Source of the DNA: Chrysomallon squamiferum | Taxonomy: Eukaryota; Animalia; Mollusca | NCBI GenBank assembly: GCA_012295275.1 | Contig: CM022669.1 | Location: forward strand, 5,518,001-5,582,000 | Direction of reading: 5' to 3' | DNA length: 64,000 nt | Translations under genes and position numbers: made by a program | Shown here: one piece after another, positions 51,558-64,000 of the stretch | How the letters are laid out: each line of letters opens with the position of its first letter | Position numbering within the stretch: the first letter of the stretch is position 1 | Notes under the pieces: generated by a model | Seen by the model: only the letters and a program-made list of their open reading frames with translations | What the model was told of the DNA's origin: nothing | The model's database searches: none

Positions 51558-54136
51558 GAATAAACAAACAAACAAACAAATAAAATAAAATAAATCTATT
51601 GACTTAAATTGCAGGATTATCAGAATTTTATATTTTAAGGGTTTTTAACGTTTCTTTCAGAAGTATTCAAGGATACCTATCGAAAGGAGTTCAGAAATTT
51701 ATAATCAATTAAACACAAAACTTGGATGTATCACAGACTTTACAAACAAACCACGATCTTTACACGAAAACAAAACTGTGGAGTGAGGCCACAGAGCACG
51801 GTGCAGTCAAAAACGCGGATGATCTCGAAGTTAAATGACAAAATATTTAGCATCGTCAGCCGTCTAACGCTCGGCCTTTGGTATAGATAAGTGGATAGGG
51901 TGCGCGATGAATAAAAGAAGGAAGTTAAACAATAAAATCACAAAAAAAAAGAAAAAAAAAAAAGATGAAGAAGAAAACATTACAACAACAACAAAAAAAA
52001 AAAAAAAAAAAATGCATCGATAACTAAATATTGGATTAAATTGGAGAGTTTCCAGAATTTCTGCGAAGGACAAATTTGGTGTATTCCTTCTTAGCAAACT
52101 TCTAATTCATTTGTAAAATTGATTTTGTGATAAAGAAAAAAAAAATGAGATCAATATGACTTTTAAAAATAAAAAAAGAAGGAAAGAAAGAAAAAAGAAA
52201 ATACATTAAAAAGAAAAAAGTAAAGAAATCTTAATAAAAAATAAAAAAGAAAGAAAGAAAGAAAAAAAGAAAAGAAGAAAGAGAAAAAGAAAAGAAGAAA
52301 GAGAAAAATGAGTGTAGAGGTTATTTGAATGGCTGTCGGCTAACCTTGGAAGCAGACGATAAGCGGGTTGGTGAGAGGATGTAAAATGTTGACCAAATCG
52401 AGGTCACAGACGCGATACTAACTCGATAATGTCAATTCTGCAGAGTAACCTCCCCCCCCCCCATTAAAACCAAAGCACATACCACTGCAACATACTTTTA
52501 AAATGAATTCATCTACAGATTATTGTGACAGATTAAACAAGAACAACAACAATAATAATAATTAAACTGCATAAATAAGCTTAAATGTGATTGTGAACGA
52601 TCAGTAATTCGCGTACATATCTAACCTATTTTCAAATTATACCAAAAAATAACAAATAAACAAACAACAACAAAAACAAAACAAAAAAAAAAAAAAACAA
52701 AAAAATGTAAGTAGCTCATTTCATATTATTCTTTAAAGGATATTTGGCATTTCCCAGCTAGATATTTCTGAAATATTGACAAGACGACTTGTTGTACATC
52801 GGCAGTGTGCTACCGTTTCTTTACTTAATGTCGTTCTTCATATAACTTTTTTTTTTCAAATGGCATATCTTCAATGTTTCTCTTTGTCCACTGAATCAAC
52901 GTTTTGACGGCCCGTTTATTTGGACTTAAATTCATGCCAGCGAATATTTTATGAAAATCTAAATTTATATTAAATGTATTTTATGTGTATACATAAACGT
53001 GAAAAACGTGAATAAAGACTGCACACTGTCAACATTTGCCTGGCCACATTTCAATTAAATATTTACACAAATTCGGTGGGATTTTTAATTTGACATTATG
53101 TTTTTCTTTACAACAATGTCATTAAATGCTACGATGATGATGATGATGACGATGACGATGGTGATATTTTAAAATGAAATTTTTTTTTTTTTTTTTTTTT
53201 TTCTTCTATTAATCGATGCTTTATCCAAGATTGGGAAGGAGGATTTACAAAAAGATGTTTCACTGCGAATCATTAAAAATAGTTTATGCTGCAACAGACT
53301 TGAACATTGCTTCACTGAAGTCATATAATAATAATAAACATATCAAAATACGTGTGTGTGTTTGTAATGTCATTAATTATTTATTTTTAATTCATTCATA
53401 GGGATCAGTATATAGCACCAAAAAATAGTAACGTAGGTTGTCTGTTCAAGACGATGTTAGTGTATTAGTATGTTAGTACAGATGATGTTGTTTATATATA
53501 TAACTCTTATATATTTTGATACTGACTTTTTAAAAAGGTTACTTCACAAGTTCGTTTGCACCAGAAGGAAAGGTTTGGTCTAAGCTAACAAGAAGATAAA
53601 ATCTTCGAATTTTCTCGTTCGCACATTCTGTGTATGACGTTGCAAATACGTTATGCTTTGAGAAGTGGTTGATTTTTCATAAGTCTATACGACAGAGGTC
53701 CAAGTATGTTTGTATGTTTGTTCCATAGTCCTGTTCAAAACAGTATTCACCCAGAACATATATATATATAAAATGATGTTCCGATTCACTAACCGTTCAT
53801 ATTAATGATATGCCCCTTATTCATAACAACAATTTAACGTTTAAATAATCATAACTATAATAATAGAGTAAACAGACTTTAAATTCTATAGCCCGAAGGT
53901 TTGTTTAAATAAGGTAGAATGTTTTCTACTTAGCTACACAATACTGTAATGATGACTGCTGATGACTTCGATTTAAATATAGTCACTTAAGTATCATCAT
54001 TAATCTGATTTCCACATAAAATACACGAATGAACTAAGGTATGACGTCTTTTTATAGTACATATATGACGTATTTTCGTTTACTAATAAATTCAGCCTAA
54101 AATAAATGCAGAGGAATACGAAATCACATCAGTGGC

Positions 54137-54220
<84 letters not shown>

Positions 54221-54812
54221 CTCTCGCTCTCTCTCTCTCTCTCAACACACACACACACACATACACACACACACACAAATAATGTACCAGTGTTGCATAC
54301 ATCTGTATATTACACGAATAAATTAAATTTCATTTACATGTTAATTAACTGACCGGGCATAGGTATATACACAAGCTGTTTTCACTGGGGAAAAAAACAA
54401 CACGTATACGAGTTGAAGCAATGGTTCACTCGATGTGTTCAAACAGTGGCAAATTGAAAGTCAAGTTCAAGTTTGTCTGGAAAACACGTTGTTTGCCAGT
54501 TGACAAAACTTCGGTTTCAGGTCGGTACAACCACATAATTCATTTATCTCATTATGAAAACTGTTTTGTTTTCCCCACTTTGCTAAGCACATCTGCCAAC
54601 AGCCTCGGCTCTAAGATACACACGAGTGGCAAATGTTCTGTCCACAGATACCTCAGTTTTTGTTTTCTTCTTTCTGTTTTTAGCAGTTCGTCTGTTTGTA
54701 TGTTTGTGTCAGTGTAACAGTAGAATCGAGACAAATGTCCATCTTCGAAAACAAACATTTGTAACATTGATCAAGGTTAAAGGGTAATGGAAAATTGTAT
54801 TAATAATAATAA

Positions 54813-54875
<63 letters not shown>

Positions 54876-55825
54876 AAAGAAACAGATACTTCTTATAATA
54901 AAAACAGTAATAACGGCAACAACAATAACAACAATAATAACGATAGTTAATACATAAGAACCCATCATTTGTTCTGAGTGCATTTTAAAAATAATCATTA
55001 TGCATCAGTATGTTTCTTATTAATCTCATAACGAAATGCTACATTTTCTGGTAGTAACCCGAAGAAAGGAAATTCGCAGCCAGCACAACACGTACCATAA
55101 TCTTACATGCTGGAGTCAAACTTAATTCGTGTTTTATACAGAAAGAAATTTCTTTTTTTCTTTCTTTTTTTCTTTCTTTTTTTCTTTTTCAAGATAGTAG
55201 GCATTTTAGAAAATCTTTGAAAAAGTCTGTGTCTGGTTTCATTAATACGCTAGAGTCCTAAATAATAAAAAAAATTTAAAAGATGAAATTATCTGGTTTA
55301 ATTCTCAGAGAGTAGTAGATTCGCGCATACTGACTTCGTTGTCATCTACAAAAACTATACATAAAACTAAAATAGTTCTTAATAGATCTTAATAGTTTTG
55401 AAAATGGGGAATTTTAAAGATCAAAACCAGCAAATAAATACTTATTAAATAACTTTGAATTATGTACGTATACATACATACTATTATATATAAGCAAAAA
55501 ATTATGGAAGTAAATGTAGTTTTTATCTCAAAAGCTATATTTTTGGTCAGTGCCCGACAATAGTCATAATATATTGCTACTACCTCATAATATATTTTCA
55601 TGCACGAATTGAGGGAAATGTTTCGTATGTCAATATTATTTATTTATTTATTTATTTATTTATGTTTATTACATGAGACATCAGTACCTACATATTTTGG
55701 TGTTGGCACCAATATATTATATAGTTTTAAACAAAAATAAAATTACACTGCACGATATTTAATACATTAACAGTGATCCAGTCACAATATATATATAAAC
55801 AGATAGACAGATGGATATATAGATG

Positions 55826-55879
<54 letters not shown>

Positions 55880-56189
55880 TAGATAGATAGATAGATATAA
55901 TAATAATAATGATAATTGTAATAATAATAATAATAATAAATAAATAAATAAATATATTTTAATATGAATCATATAATATATAGTAATTTTTTTTAAGATT
56001 GTGTAAAAAACATTTTAAATTTGTTCATATCACAGGTTGCATATTTGTGTCGCATGTTTCAGTATTTTGTGTTCGTGCTGGCAGATGAGCCACGGCGTGG
56101 ACTGACAAACGTGATGTTGTGAAAATAACGGACCACAGTGCGCATGACTGAAGCCTATAACACTCGATACAAAAAGACGGGTATACTAG

Positions 56190-56317
<128 letters not shown>

Positions 56318-56432
56318 TTGCTACATTACTGCTATTATTATTATTATTAGCATTACTACTAATATGACTCCTACTACTAATTCTTCTATTAGTGCTGTTT
56401 CTGGTCTGCGGTTGGATTACTACCACTGACAC

Positions 56433-56469
<37 letters not shown>

Positions 56470-56492
56470 TAATAATGATAATAATGTCTTAC

Positions 56493-58038
56493 CTGCTCTA
56501 TAATTGGGCCGCCATGTTGTTAGTTTCGTATCTTGAGGAATATTTATTCCTTTTGTCGAAAATGATGGGAATGGAGATTTCTGTGACGTGACAATTGGCT
56601 GTTGCCAGGGCGACGGCGTTGTGTTCCATGTAACAGTTTTCCAGGATGCTGTTGTGATTTTAGACGATGAAGGAGACGTATGCCAATTAAAAGTTGTTGA
56701 TAACCACGGAGCCAACGTCGTAAACAACGTTTTCCAAGTAGATTTTGCCCAAGGATTCGTCCATCGATACCACGTAGTTTGCTGCTGCCGTTGTGCGGTA
56801 ACTATTTGCGATGTTACCGTTGTAGTTGGCTGCTGTTCTTTTGTTATTGCTGTACCTGTCGTAGTTTTCATTCTTCTCCTTCGCCACCGTGGTGTTTGTG
56901 GTTTTGCTGTTGAAGGTCGCCTTTTCCACCACGGCTTTTGTGTCCTCCATGGAGAACGAGTTTCTTTTTTCTTCCATGCCGGAGTTGGTGGAAATGTTTT
57001 GTACGTCTCTGTAGTCGTCGTTGGTGGCGGTGGTGCCGTCGTTCGGTGCATCTGCCACCATGGGGTACTGCGTTGCCACCATGGAGTTCCTCTGTACCAT
57101 GGAGAGTTTACATTTTGCCATGGAGACTGAAGTCTTCTGCGACCTGCCCTCGTTTCTTGCCTCTCGGGTGACTTCGTTGTCCAGGAAGGCGTCGTTGTCG
57201 TAGCTGTGGTTTTGTATTTCCAGCGACGCCTGTTTTGACGCGATTTCCTCTGCCACGAAACTGTCGTTGGCGGTGGCGCCGTTCGCGGTTCGTATTTTGT
57301 GACGTCCCAAAATGGCGTTGTCCGAACCCATGGTGATTCTGGTCTGGTTCTCTGCCACCACGGAATCGTGCTGATCCACGTCTTCGTTCTTGATGGCGCT
57401 GCTGTTGTCTTCGTGGGCTTCTGTGAGCGTCTTCGTTTCCATGAAGATTTAGATTTTCTCCATCGAGCTGTAGTTTTGTGTCCTCTTGTGTGAGCTTTCC
57501 ACCAGCGACCCGGATTTTGTCGTGTCGTCTGCTTTGGAGAGCGGGTAATTTTCCTGGGTGGGACTGTCGTAACGTAACCAGCATCATGCTGGGACCGCGT
57601 CCGTTGTTTAGATGTTACCGCATCTTGCTGGGATCTGGTCCACCGTTTAGCCGTTATTGCATCTTTCTCCCACCATCGCGTAACTGGATGCCGTGGTAGC
57701 TGCGTTGTCTGAGCGTACCATATTGAATACGTGGTTGGTGCTGATGTCTGCTGATTAAAGTCGCAGTCGTCCCACCGGGAGTCGATGGGGACGCAGTTTT
57801 TGAAAGTGTTAGACCAGTGGGAATCGCCAGGACATGCGGGAAGCAACTGCGGTTTCCCAAAACTACAAATATAATATCTAGAACAGTCATTTGCGTGCCT
57901 TACCCACTGAATACCCATCGAGGTGCACGGGTATATGGGACCTGTGTTACGTACTCGTCTAACATAGGGAACGTATGCTATACACTTTCCAATATAATTT
58001 AAAAACAATAACACCAGCGTAATTGCGGCAGTGTCCAT
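56493..58038 (-). CDS. Large coding exon: signal peptide + chitin-binding type 2 (CBM14/peritrophin-A) domain + Thr/Trp/Arg-rich stalk; probable first coding exon of the serine protease
   Basis: ATG at 58038 (MDTAAITLVLLFL...). Six Cys spaced CX13CX5CX10CX12CX9C at about 57763-57927. Donor CAG|GTAAGA at 56493; 1546 nt, phase 1. Confidence 0.85.
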
Positions 58039-61000
58039 ACTGTCTGATGTTAATGTATACAAATATGTACACTAAATAAAAGGCCTATAGCCACTTCGGC
58101 CGCCAACAGCGGCTGCTAATGTTAAAACCTCAAAAATCTATGGACGGAATAAAACGACACAGTTATCATCAAGACATTGGTAGACGTCTGCCGTACATAT
58201 CTGAATCAGACGTGAAAACTTTGCAAGTGTTCTTAGCCCGTCGGTACTGTTACCTTAACGTTTGAAGGACACAGTTTTAACTGAAACCTTATTGGCTGCT
58301 TGACCTGAAGAGGGTTGTCTGAAGCTGTCCATCTTTCTTGACGTTGTTTACCTTTGTTGGCACTCTTTGTTTTAATGTGTTACAGAAGACGAACCGGGGC
58401 TTAACTCAGGGCTGGTGATCTTGCATTCCTTTACCTTGATCGTACAGAGCTGTTGACTCGCGTAGTCTCGACTCCCACATGACATTTCTCCTTTTTATGT
58501 TTTTACTTTTCTCAGGTAGTCTATCTTCTTACTTATTTTGTTTGGTTATTGCTCCCAGCGTTTTCGCTCGCGTTCTTAACGTGCAGGTATGTCAACAAAC
58601 ACAGCTTTAATCTTTTTTTTCGCCCCAGTTGACAAAATCTTAATTCTGCCAGAAAAGCCCGATGTAAAAAGTTGTTACGTTTGCCACTTTCCCTTTGTTA
58701 AACAGGTGGGGTGCAGACCAGGTAACGTCTTCTCTTAAAAAAAAACACTTATTTTAACTACACCTTCTTCCTACAGAGTGTGTGGTTAGAGTTTAACTGT
58801 ATTTTACATTCGGGAGTTTTATATTTGCTGCTGTTGATACCAATCATATCACTCAAGTTTGATACACGTTTATATACACCAGCTACAAGTACCAAACTTC
58901 CTGATCACAAGAATGGAGAATGCTTTCGACCGAAATAGAAATCAGAATATTCAAGTAATAGGGTCCTTTGTCTTAATATGACAAAGTGAAATATGTTATG
59001 GCATTAATTACATCAATAGCATCGGTTACTGAAAACAGGGATAAACAAATCTGGCACAATTTTCGTCTCGTCAGTTTTATTTTTTAGAACTTTTTCCGAA
59101 ATGTGAGCTTTCTAACCACAGCTGCTGTCTTTACAATCTTTATCGACGTTAAATATAAAGACTATATATAAAGTCTGTGTGTATATTTTTATATATATAT
59201 ATGTGTGTGTGTGTGTGTATGTTTGTATGTATGTACGTACGTATGTATGTTATGTATCTATATATGTATGTATGCATATATAAATACGTAAGTCTATACG
59301 TAAGTAGGTTCGTTTGTGTATATGTGTGTACACACAAGCGTACCTACTTACGTTGGCCTATGTGTTATCTTCAGCCCTGATAGGTCGACAGGAAAATAGA
59401 TATACTTCATACATGAGCCATGATATACACTATTTGGAACGAGAAAATGAAAATTAATTCCGAGGCCCATTGCATCAAAAGAGTACTCAGTCACTGAATA
59501 TAGCGCTCTTGACTATACATTAGAATAAATACTGAAATACTAAACTGTATCGGAATCTTTGGATTCATTTTTATTTTGAACTAGCGTTTTACTTCATAAA
59601 GTCAATTATGTTGGTCTGTTGTGTTTTCTTATTTCATTTGTACATATATATTTAGTATTTTTAAATTAATTTATTAATTTATTATTATTATTATTATTAT
59701 TATTATACTTTTATTTTTTGACACGTTACTGAATTATAAAATTGCTGTTATTTGTACAGAAAACAAATACTGATTTGCGCAGATCCAAACATCAAGAAAC
59801 AAGAGCTGATGTAATAGAAATATTTAAAATGTTTACTAACTGTTTGTGTATTGAGTTAAATCATTAACGGGATTTGTTAGTTTATTAAGCTTAGTCTGCG
59901 AGGTGCTAATTTTCAAGTGTCCTTGTTCCCCGAAACAACACGTTTTAGCATTTTTCAAGGTCATACCACTGCGTGGTCAGTGATATCTATGTTATTTATA
60001 TTAAAAATAAATTAATTAAAAAAATTATATGAATGAATGAATCAATGGATGAGTGAATACACAAATAAACAAATAGTCAAACAGTTAAATAAATAAATAA
60101 GTAAATAAATAAATAAATAGAAGTTAAATCTATAATAAATAAAATCATTCAATAATTTTAATAATAAATAACCTACGAAAGCAATTAGATAAAACATACA
60201 GATATAACAATATGACAGAAATCTTTATGTAGAAGTCATGTTGAAGGACCATACTGACATCTACTGCAGAGTCTTTGTGATTTTGTAAAAATCTTCTAAC
60301 AGTCTTAATACTTGTGTTGAAGAGACAGGCAAGAACTTCAGATATATTTGCCAGAGAGAAACAGAGACAGAGAGAAAGTGTGTTTGAGAGAGAGAGAGAG
60401 AGAGAATAATATATTACAAAGGGGTTATTTATTATTGCCATTTATAATTTCTTGCATTTCTTCGTTTTCTTTTTTTCTTAAAATTTAGTCTATAAGTTTT
60501 TAGATTTTAAAATAAAGTAAAATACTTGCCATGAAAAAAAGAAAAGTATTTATCTTTCCATTGATCCTCTATTTGAGAAGAAGACTGTAGTCTTTTGTTT
60601 TTGTTTTTTTTATATTAATAGACATTAATCGCTAAATATTTGGACATAAATCTAGCAGGTAAATATTTACAGGTAAAACTCACCTGTAAACGTTTGCTGA
60701 TAAATCTAATTGGCTCTAACTATGTTGATTTGTGCACGGCACACTGTCCAAGAATACGGTGTGACGGAGTGCAACTCAACAAACAGGGTGTGAAAGATGG
60801 ACGTTTAATTCAACCTAACATTTATCTCATCATTTAAAGGTCAGTACTCGAGAAGGCCACAGAAGATATAACACAGACACCGGTCTAAAATTCTGTTTTA
60901 ATTTTTTTCCAGTATCTGTACAGATAACGGTGTTTAGAGCACTAGGCTGGAACCAGTGATTAGCTGAATCAAAGCTCTTCGGTGTAATACTCCGGTATAT

Positions 61001-61107
61001 AATCACTGAATTACAACATCTCTGTTGATAAACTTTAAATTATTATTTCATTTTATTTACGGAAGCATTTGGTCAGGATACTAAATTATCATTCTATTAT
61101 TTTTTTT

Positions 61108-61158
<51 letters not shown>

Positions 61159-61785
61159 TCATAAATTATTGTCTCAAATTATTATCGGCTTAGGACTTGA
61201 GCTTTTTGTTCCAGATTATCTACAGTTTAAATCATCATTAAGTCTCTTTTACATACAAAATGTGAACCATACCGGAGGGGGGGAGGAGGACATAAAAAAA
61301 AAAAGTAAAATAAAGACATCATTTTCAAAATTCTCGCCAATTTCGCTAATCGCAAATGATGCAGATATAAATAATATGGCACTCTATCATACCTAGATAA
61401 AAATGCTACTTGTTTCTAATTTTACATATTTACTTTTGTGTCTGCAGCTTAACAGAACATAATTTTTGGATGGGTCAGCAACATGATAAATGCATCTGCC
61501 TTCTGCTGCCAACAATATTCTTTTTCATGTTTTGATAGATTGAATTTTATCCTTATTATGAGTGCAGCAAATATATCAGTTTTGAAATTATCTCCTGCAA
61601 AGCTAGGAGCTGTGATGTAGATTATAGCTGCAAATGTATTGTTCTTTTTTTTTGTATTTAATACCTGCCAGTTAGAATAGAAATTTGTGAAAGACTAGGC
61701 AGAGTGGCAGTTTTCCTTGTATATAAAATCTTATATATAAGAAAGCAGTCCTGTATATATATTGTCCAATGACACTGGGAGTTAT

Positions 61786-61820
<35 letters not shown>

Positions 61821-63334
61821 ATTTATACATACACATATGTACTGCAATAAGAAGAGAATGCCTCTTTTGGCACTGAAGAAAGACATCATTTCAATTTCAA
61901 AATAAATCTCAAATTTAAAATGTTTAATAATTTTATAGTGAAGACTAAATTATTTAATTTTCAATTGTGGCTAAAATAAAGAATTTAAAACAAGAAAATG
62001 TTCATGATATAACCCTAAATTGTTTTTATTTAATAATTGTTCTCTTACTATCACAAGTATTATTTCTTTCCTATTATTACTACTACTATTAAAAATTAAG
62101 ACACCTACATTAATAGTTATTATATGTACTATTATAACTGCTACAACTACCACTAACCATTACCATAACTAGTACTACTATTATTACTACTCTACTACCC
62201 CTACAACTACTGTAGCAGAGTAGTAATAGTGGTAATAGTAGTAGTAATAATGAACTTGATAGTTACTAAATGTAAAGTCATGTATTGTTTACAGTTTAAA
62301 ACTGAAACATTATTTTAAAAAGTCAACAAATCAATACTTTTAACAAATTCTTGTGGATTCAAAATAAATAAATAAACTGGTGATCTACAAACAAAACGCA
62401 ACAAATAACAATATTGCCTTAGTAATAATGTATCATTTATTTATATTAACTTTTTTCTGCATCTTTCTTTTTTTCGTTTTTTTTTTTTCTTTTTTTTAAT
62501 TTGGTAATTTGTAATAATTTTTAAAATAATAAATTCAGTATAAAAATATAAATATCACAGTGTGGTTTTAAATGCTTGAAGAATATATGAAAATCGTATA
62601 CAATGATAAACAATGCTTTGCAATGTACAATAAAATAATATATAAAATATAAACAAAAAGTAAAACAAAATAAACTATAAATAAATAAATAAAGCATTTA
62701 ATTAAAAAAATATAACTTTTTTTTTTTCAAGTACATTAAATACAGCAATACTGTCAAAGCAATGAAAACAACAGCACCGTAAGAAATCATACGTACAACA
62801 AACACAACATTTATGAAAATACTGGGTATTTTTTGTTGTTGTGATAAATGAAGAAAATATATATTAATAAATTAACAAACAAAATAATTATAATAATGAT
62901 GATTATCATGATTATGATGATGATGACAAAAGCTTTATTTTATATGAATTAAATTTTTTTCAACGTGTTTGTTGGTTAGTGTTATTTCAAAAAATTACTG
63001 TTACCCATTTTAATTCAGTAAAATATTGTTTTTGTGTTAGTAAAACAAAAACTGTGATTAAGACGGGGCTTTTAAAAAAATTTGGTTCCCTTTCTTTTAT
63101 TATTATTTTTTTGAATTTATTTTTTTATTAAATTTTTTTGATTAATTTTTTTTTTAATTTTAATTTTTTTAATTTTTGGATAATTCAATAAAATCTGTTT
63201 TTTAAACAACTAAATGCAAATTATAAGTTTGTGTTAGTAAAATAAAATACTCTTCTGTATGTTAATTCAATAAAAAAAAAAGATTCTGTGTTAATAAAGT
63301 AAAAATATATTATTTATTTTTGTTTAAAACATCT

Positions 63335-63605
63335 GCAGTTATAACACAAACACCACTGATGTATTAAAAATATATGCAAATACAGTATAACACATTTTGT
63401 GTTAAAAATACATACAATTATGATACAAACAAGCATTCTGTGTTACAAACACATGTAGTTACATAATTAGCACACATTGTGTTAAAAATACACACAGCTA
63501 TGGTTGCCACATGTATTTGGAAAGTTCATACAAGTTACGGTAAAAACATGATTTTGTGTGAAAAACACGCAGTTATGGTACAAACACACATCCTGTGTTA
63601 CAGAC
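63335..63605. repeat. ~41-bp degenerate tandem repeat in the putative 3' UTR of the edge gene
   Basis: cacatt(t)tgtgttaaaaatacac...cagttat recurs about 6 times. Confidence 0.55.
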
Positions 63606-63649
63606 ATTTGGCATTAAGACATAAAACCAGACTGCTGCTGAAAGTGAAG

Positions 63650-64000
63650 CTATGATGCAAACATGCTATTCATTGGTTCAAGGTCACTCTTTAACGCTGC
63701 ACTGGTTTCATTGTTCAGGCACTCGTCCAGTAACATCTTCTCTCTCGTATCTCTGCTCAGCATTTCAACAGTCAAACATTTCGCTTCATTGTCTAGAGAC
63801 TTCACTTTCTGCAGCCTCTTCTTCTTGTCTTTCTTACTCGTTCCCGACCCAGGCCTTTCACTGAAGTACATGGGAGGTGCACTGTGTATTTTACTCAGAG
63901 AGAAAGAACTATCAACACTGACCTCGGAGTCAGAATCAGAGAGGTCTATCAGGACCCCGTTCTGTTTGTGGACACCAGAGACAGATTTATCAGGTTCCAC
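63650..64000 (-). CDS. 3' end (probable last coding exon) of an unidentified gene, cut by the window edge
   Basis: 116 open codons running to the edge, non-repetitive and GC-richer than the flanks. Looks like a Ser/Lys-rich disordered tail; TAG at 63650-63652. Confidence 0.55.
   Translation of the reverse strand: MEPDKSVSGVHKQNGVLIDLSDSDSEVSVDSSFSLSKIHSAPPMYFSERPGSGTSKKDKKKRLQKVKSLDNEAKCLTVEMLSRDTREKMLLDECLNNETSAALKSDLEPMNSMFAS

Noticed and set aside
56389-56492. Hydrophobic C-terminus (LLSLLLFIIIIII) of the 557-aa ORF as a transmembrane anchor
   Set aside because: It lies after a strong splice donor and is encoded by an (ATT)n microsatellite. It would matter only if the intron were retained.
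56588-58002. Overlapping alternative-frame and antisense ORFs (180, 251, 159 aa etc.)
   Set aside because: By-products of the GC-richer low-complexity coding exon, with no recognisable domains.
60655-60700. Short imperfect inverted repeat (tttacaggt...acctgtaaa)
   Set aside because: Too short and isolated to support a miRNA, MITE or terminator call.

Overview
AT-rich, microsatellite-dense, intron-containing animal genomic DNA. A mollusc or other lophotrochozoan is my inference from gene style and repeat content; it is not prokaryotic. (1) 1-21.3 kb: a tandem array of ~5.4-6.2 kb units. Each has an intact ~404-aa type II membrane GT-B fucosyltransferase-like gene on the + strand (4 copies) facing alpha-arrestin (ARRDC) sequence on the - strand. 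(2) 20.7-26.1 kb: the one complete 7-exon alpha-arrestin gene (380 aa, PPTY and LPDY motifs). The three upstream units keep only exons 1, 6 and 7. In all three an exon1-to-exon7 splice stays in frame, in one case through compensating indels, which suggests possible PY-tail micro-proteins. (3) 29.7-33.0 kb: five exons of a chymotrypsin-like S1 serine protease. They join in phase, across a ~23.5 kb intron, to a 1.5 kb exon at 56.5-58.0 kb encoding a signal peptide, a CBM14 chitin-binding domain and a Trp/Arg/Thr-rich stalk. (4) That intron contains a decayed hAT/ZNF862-type transposase, tRNA-derived SINE copies and minisatellites. (5) The 3' end of an unidentified - strand gene lies at the right edge. 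Most ORF-track entries are microsatellite artefacts. Exon structures were inferred by hand from splice signals and reading frame, without transcript data.
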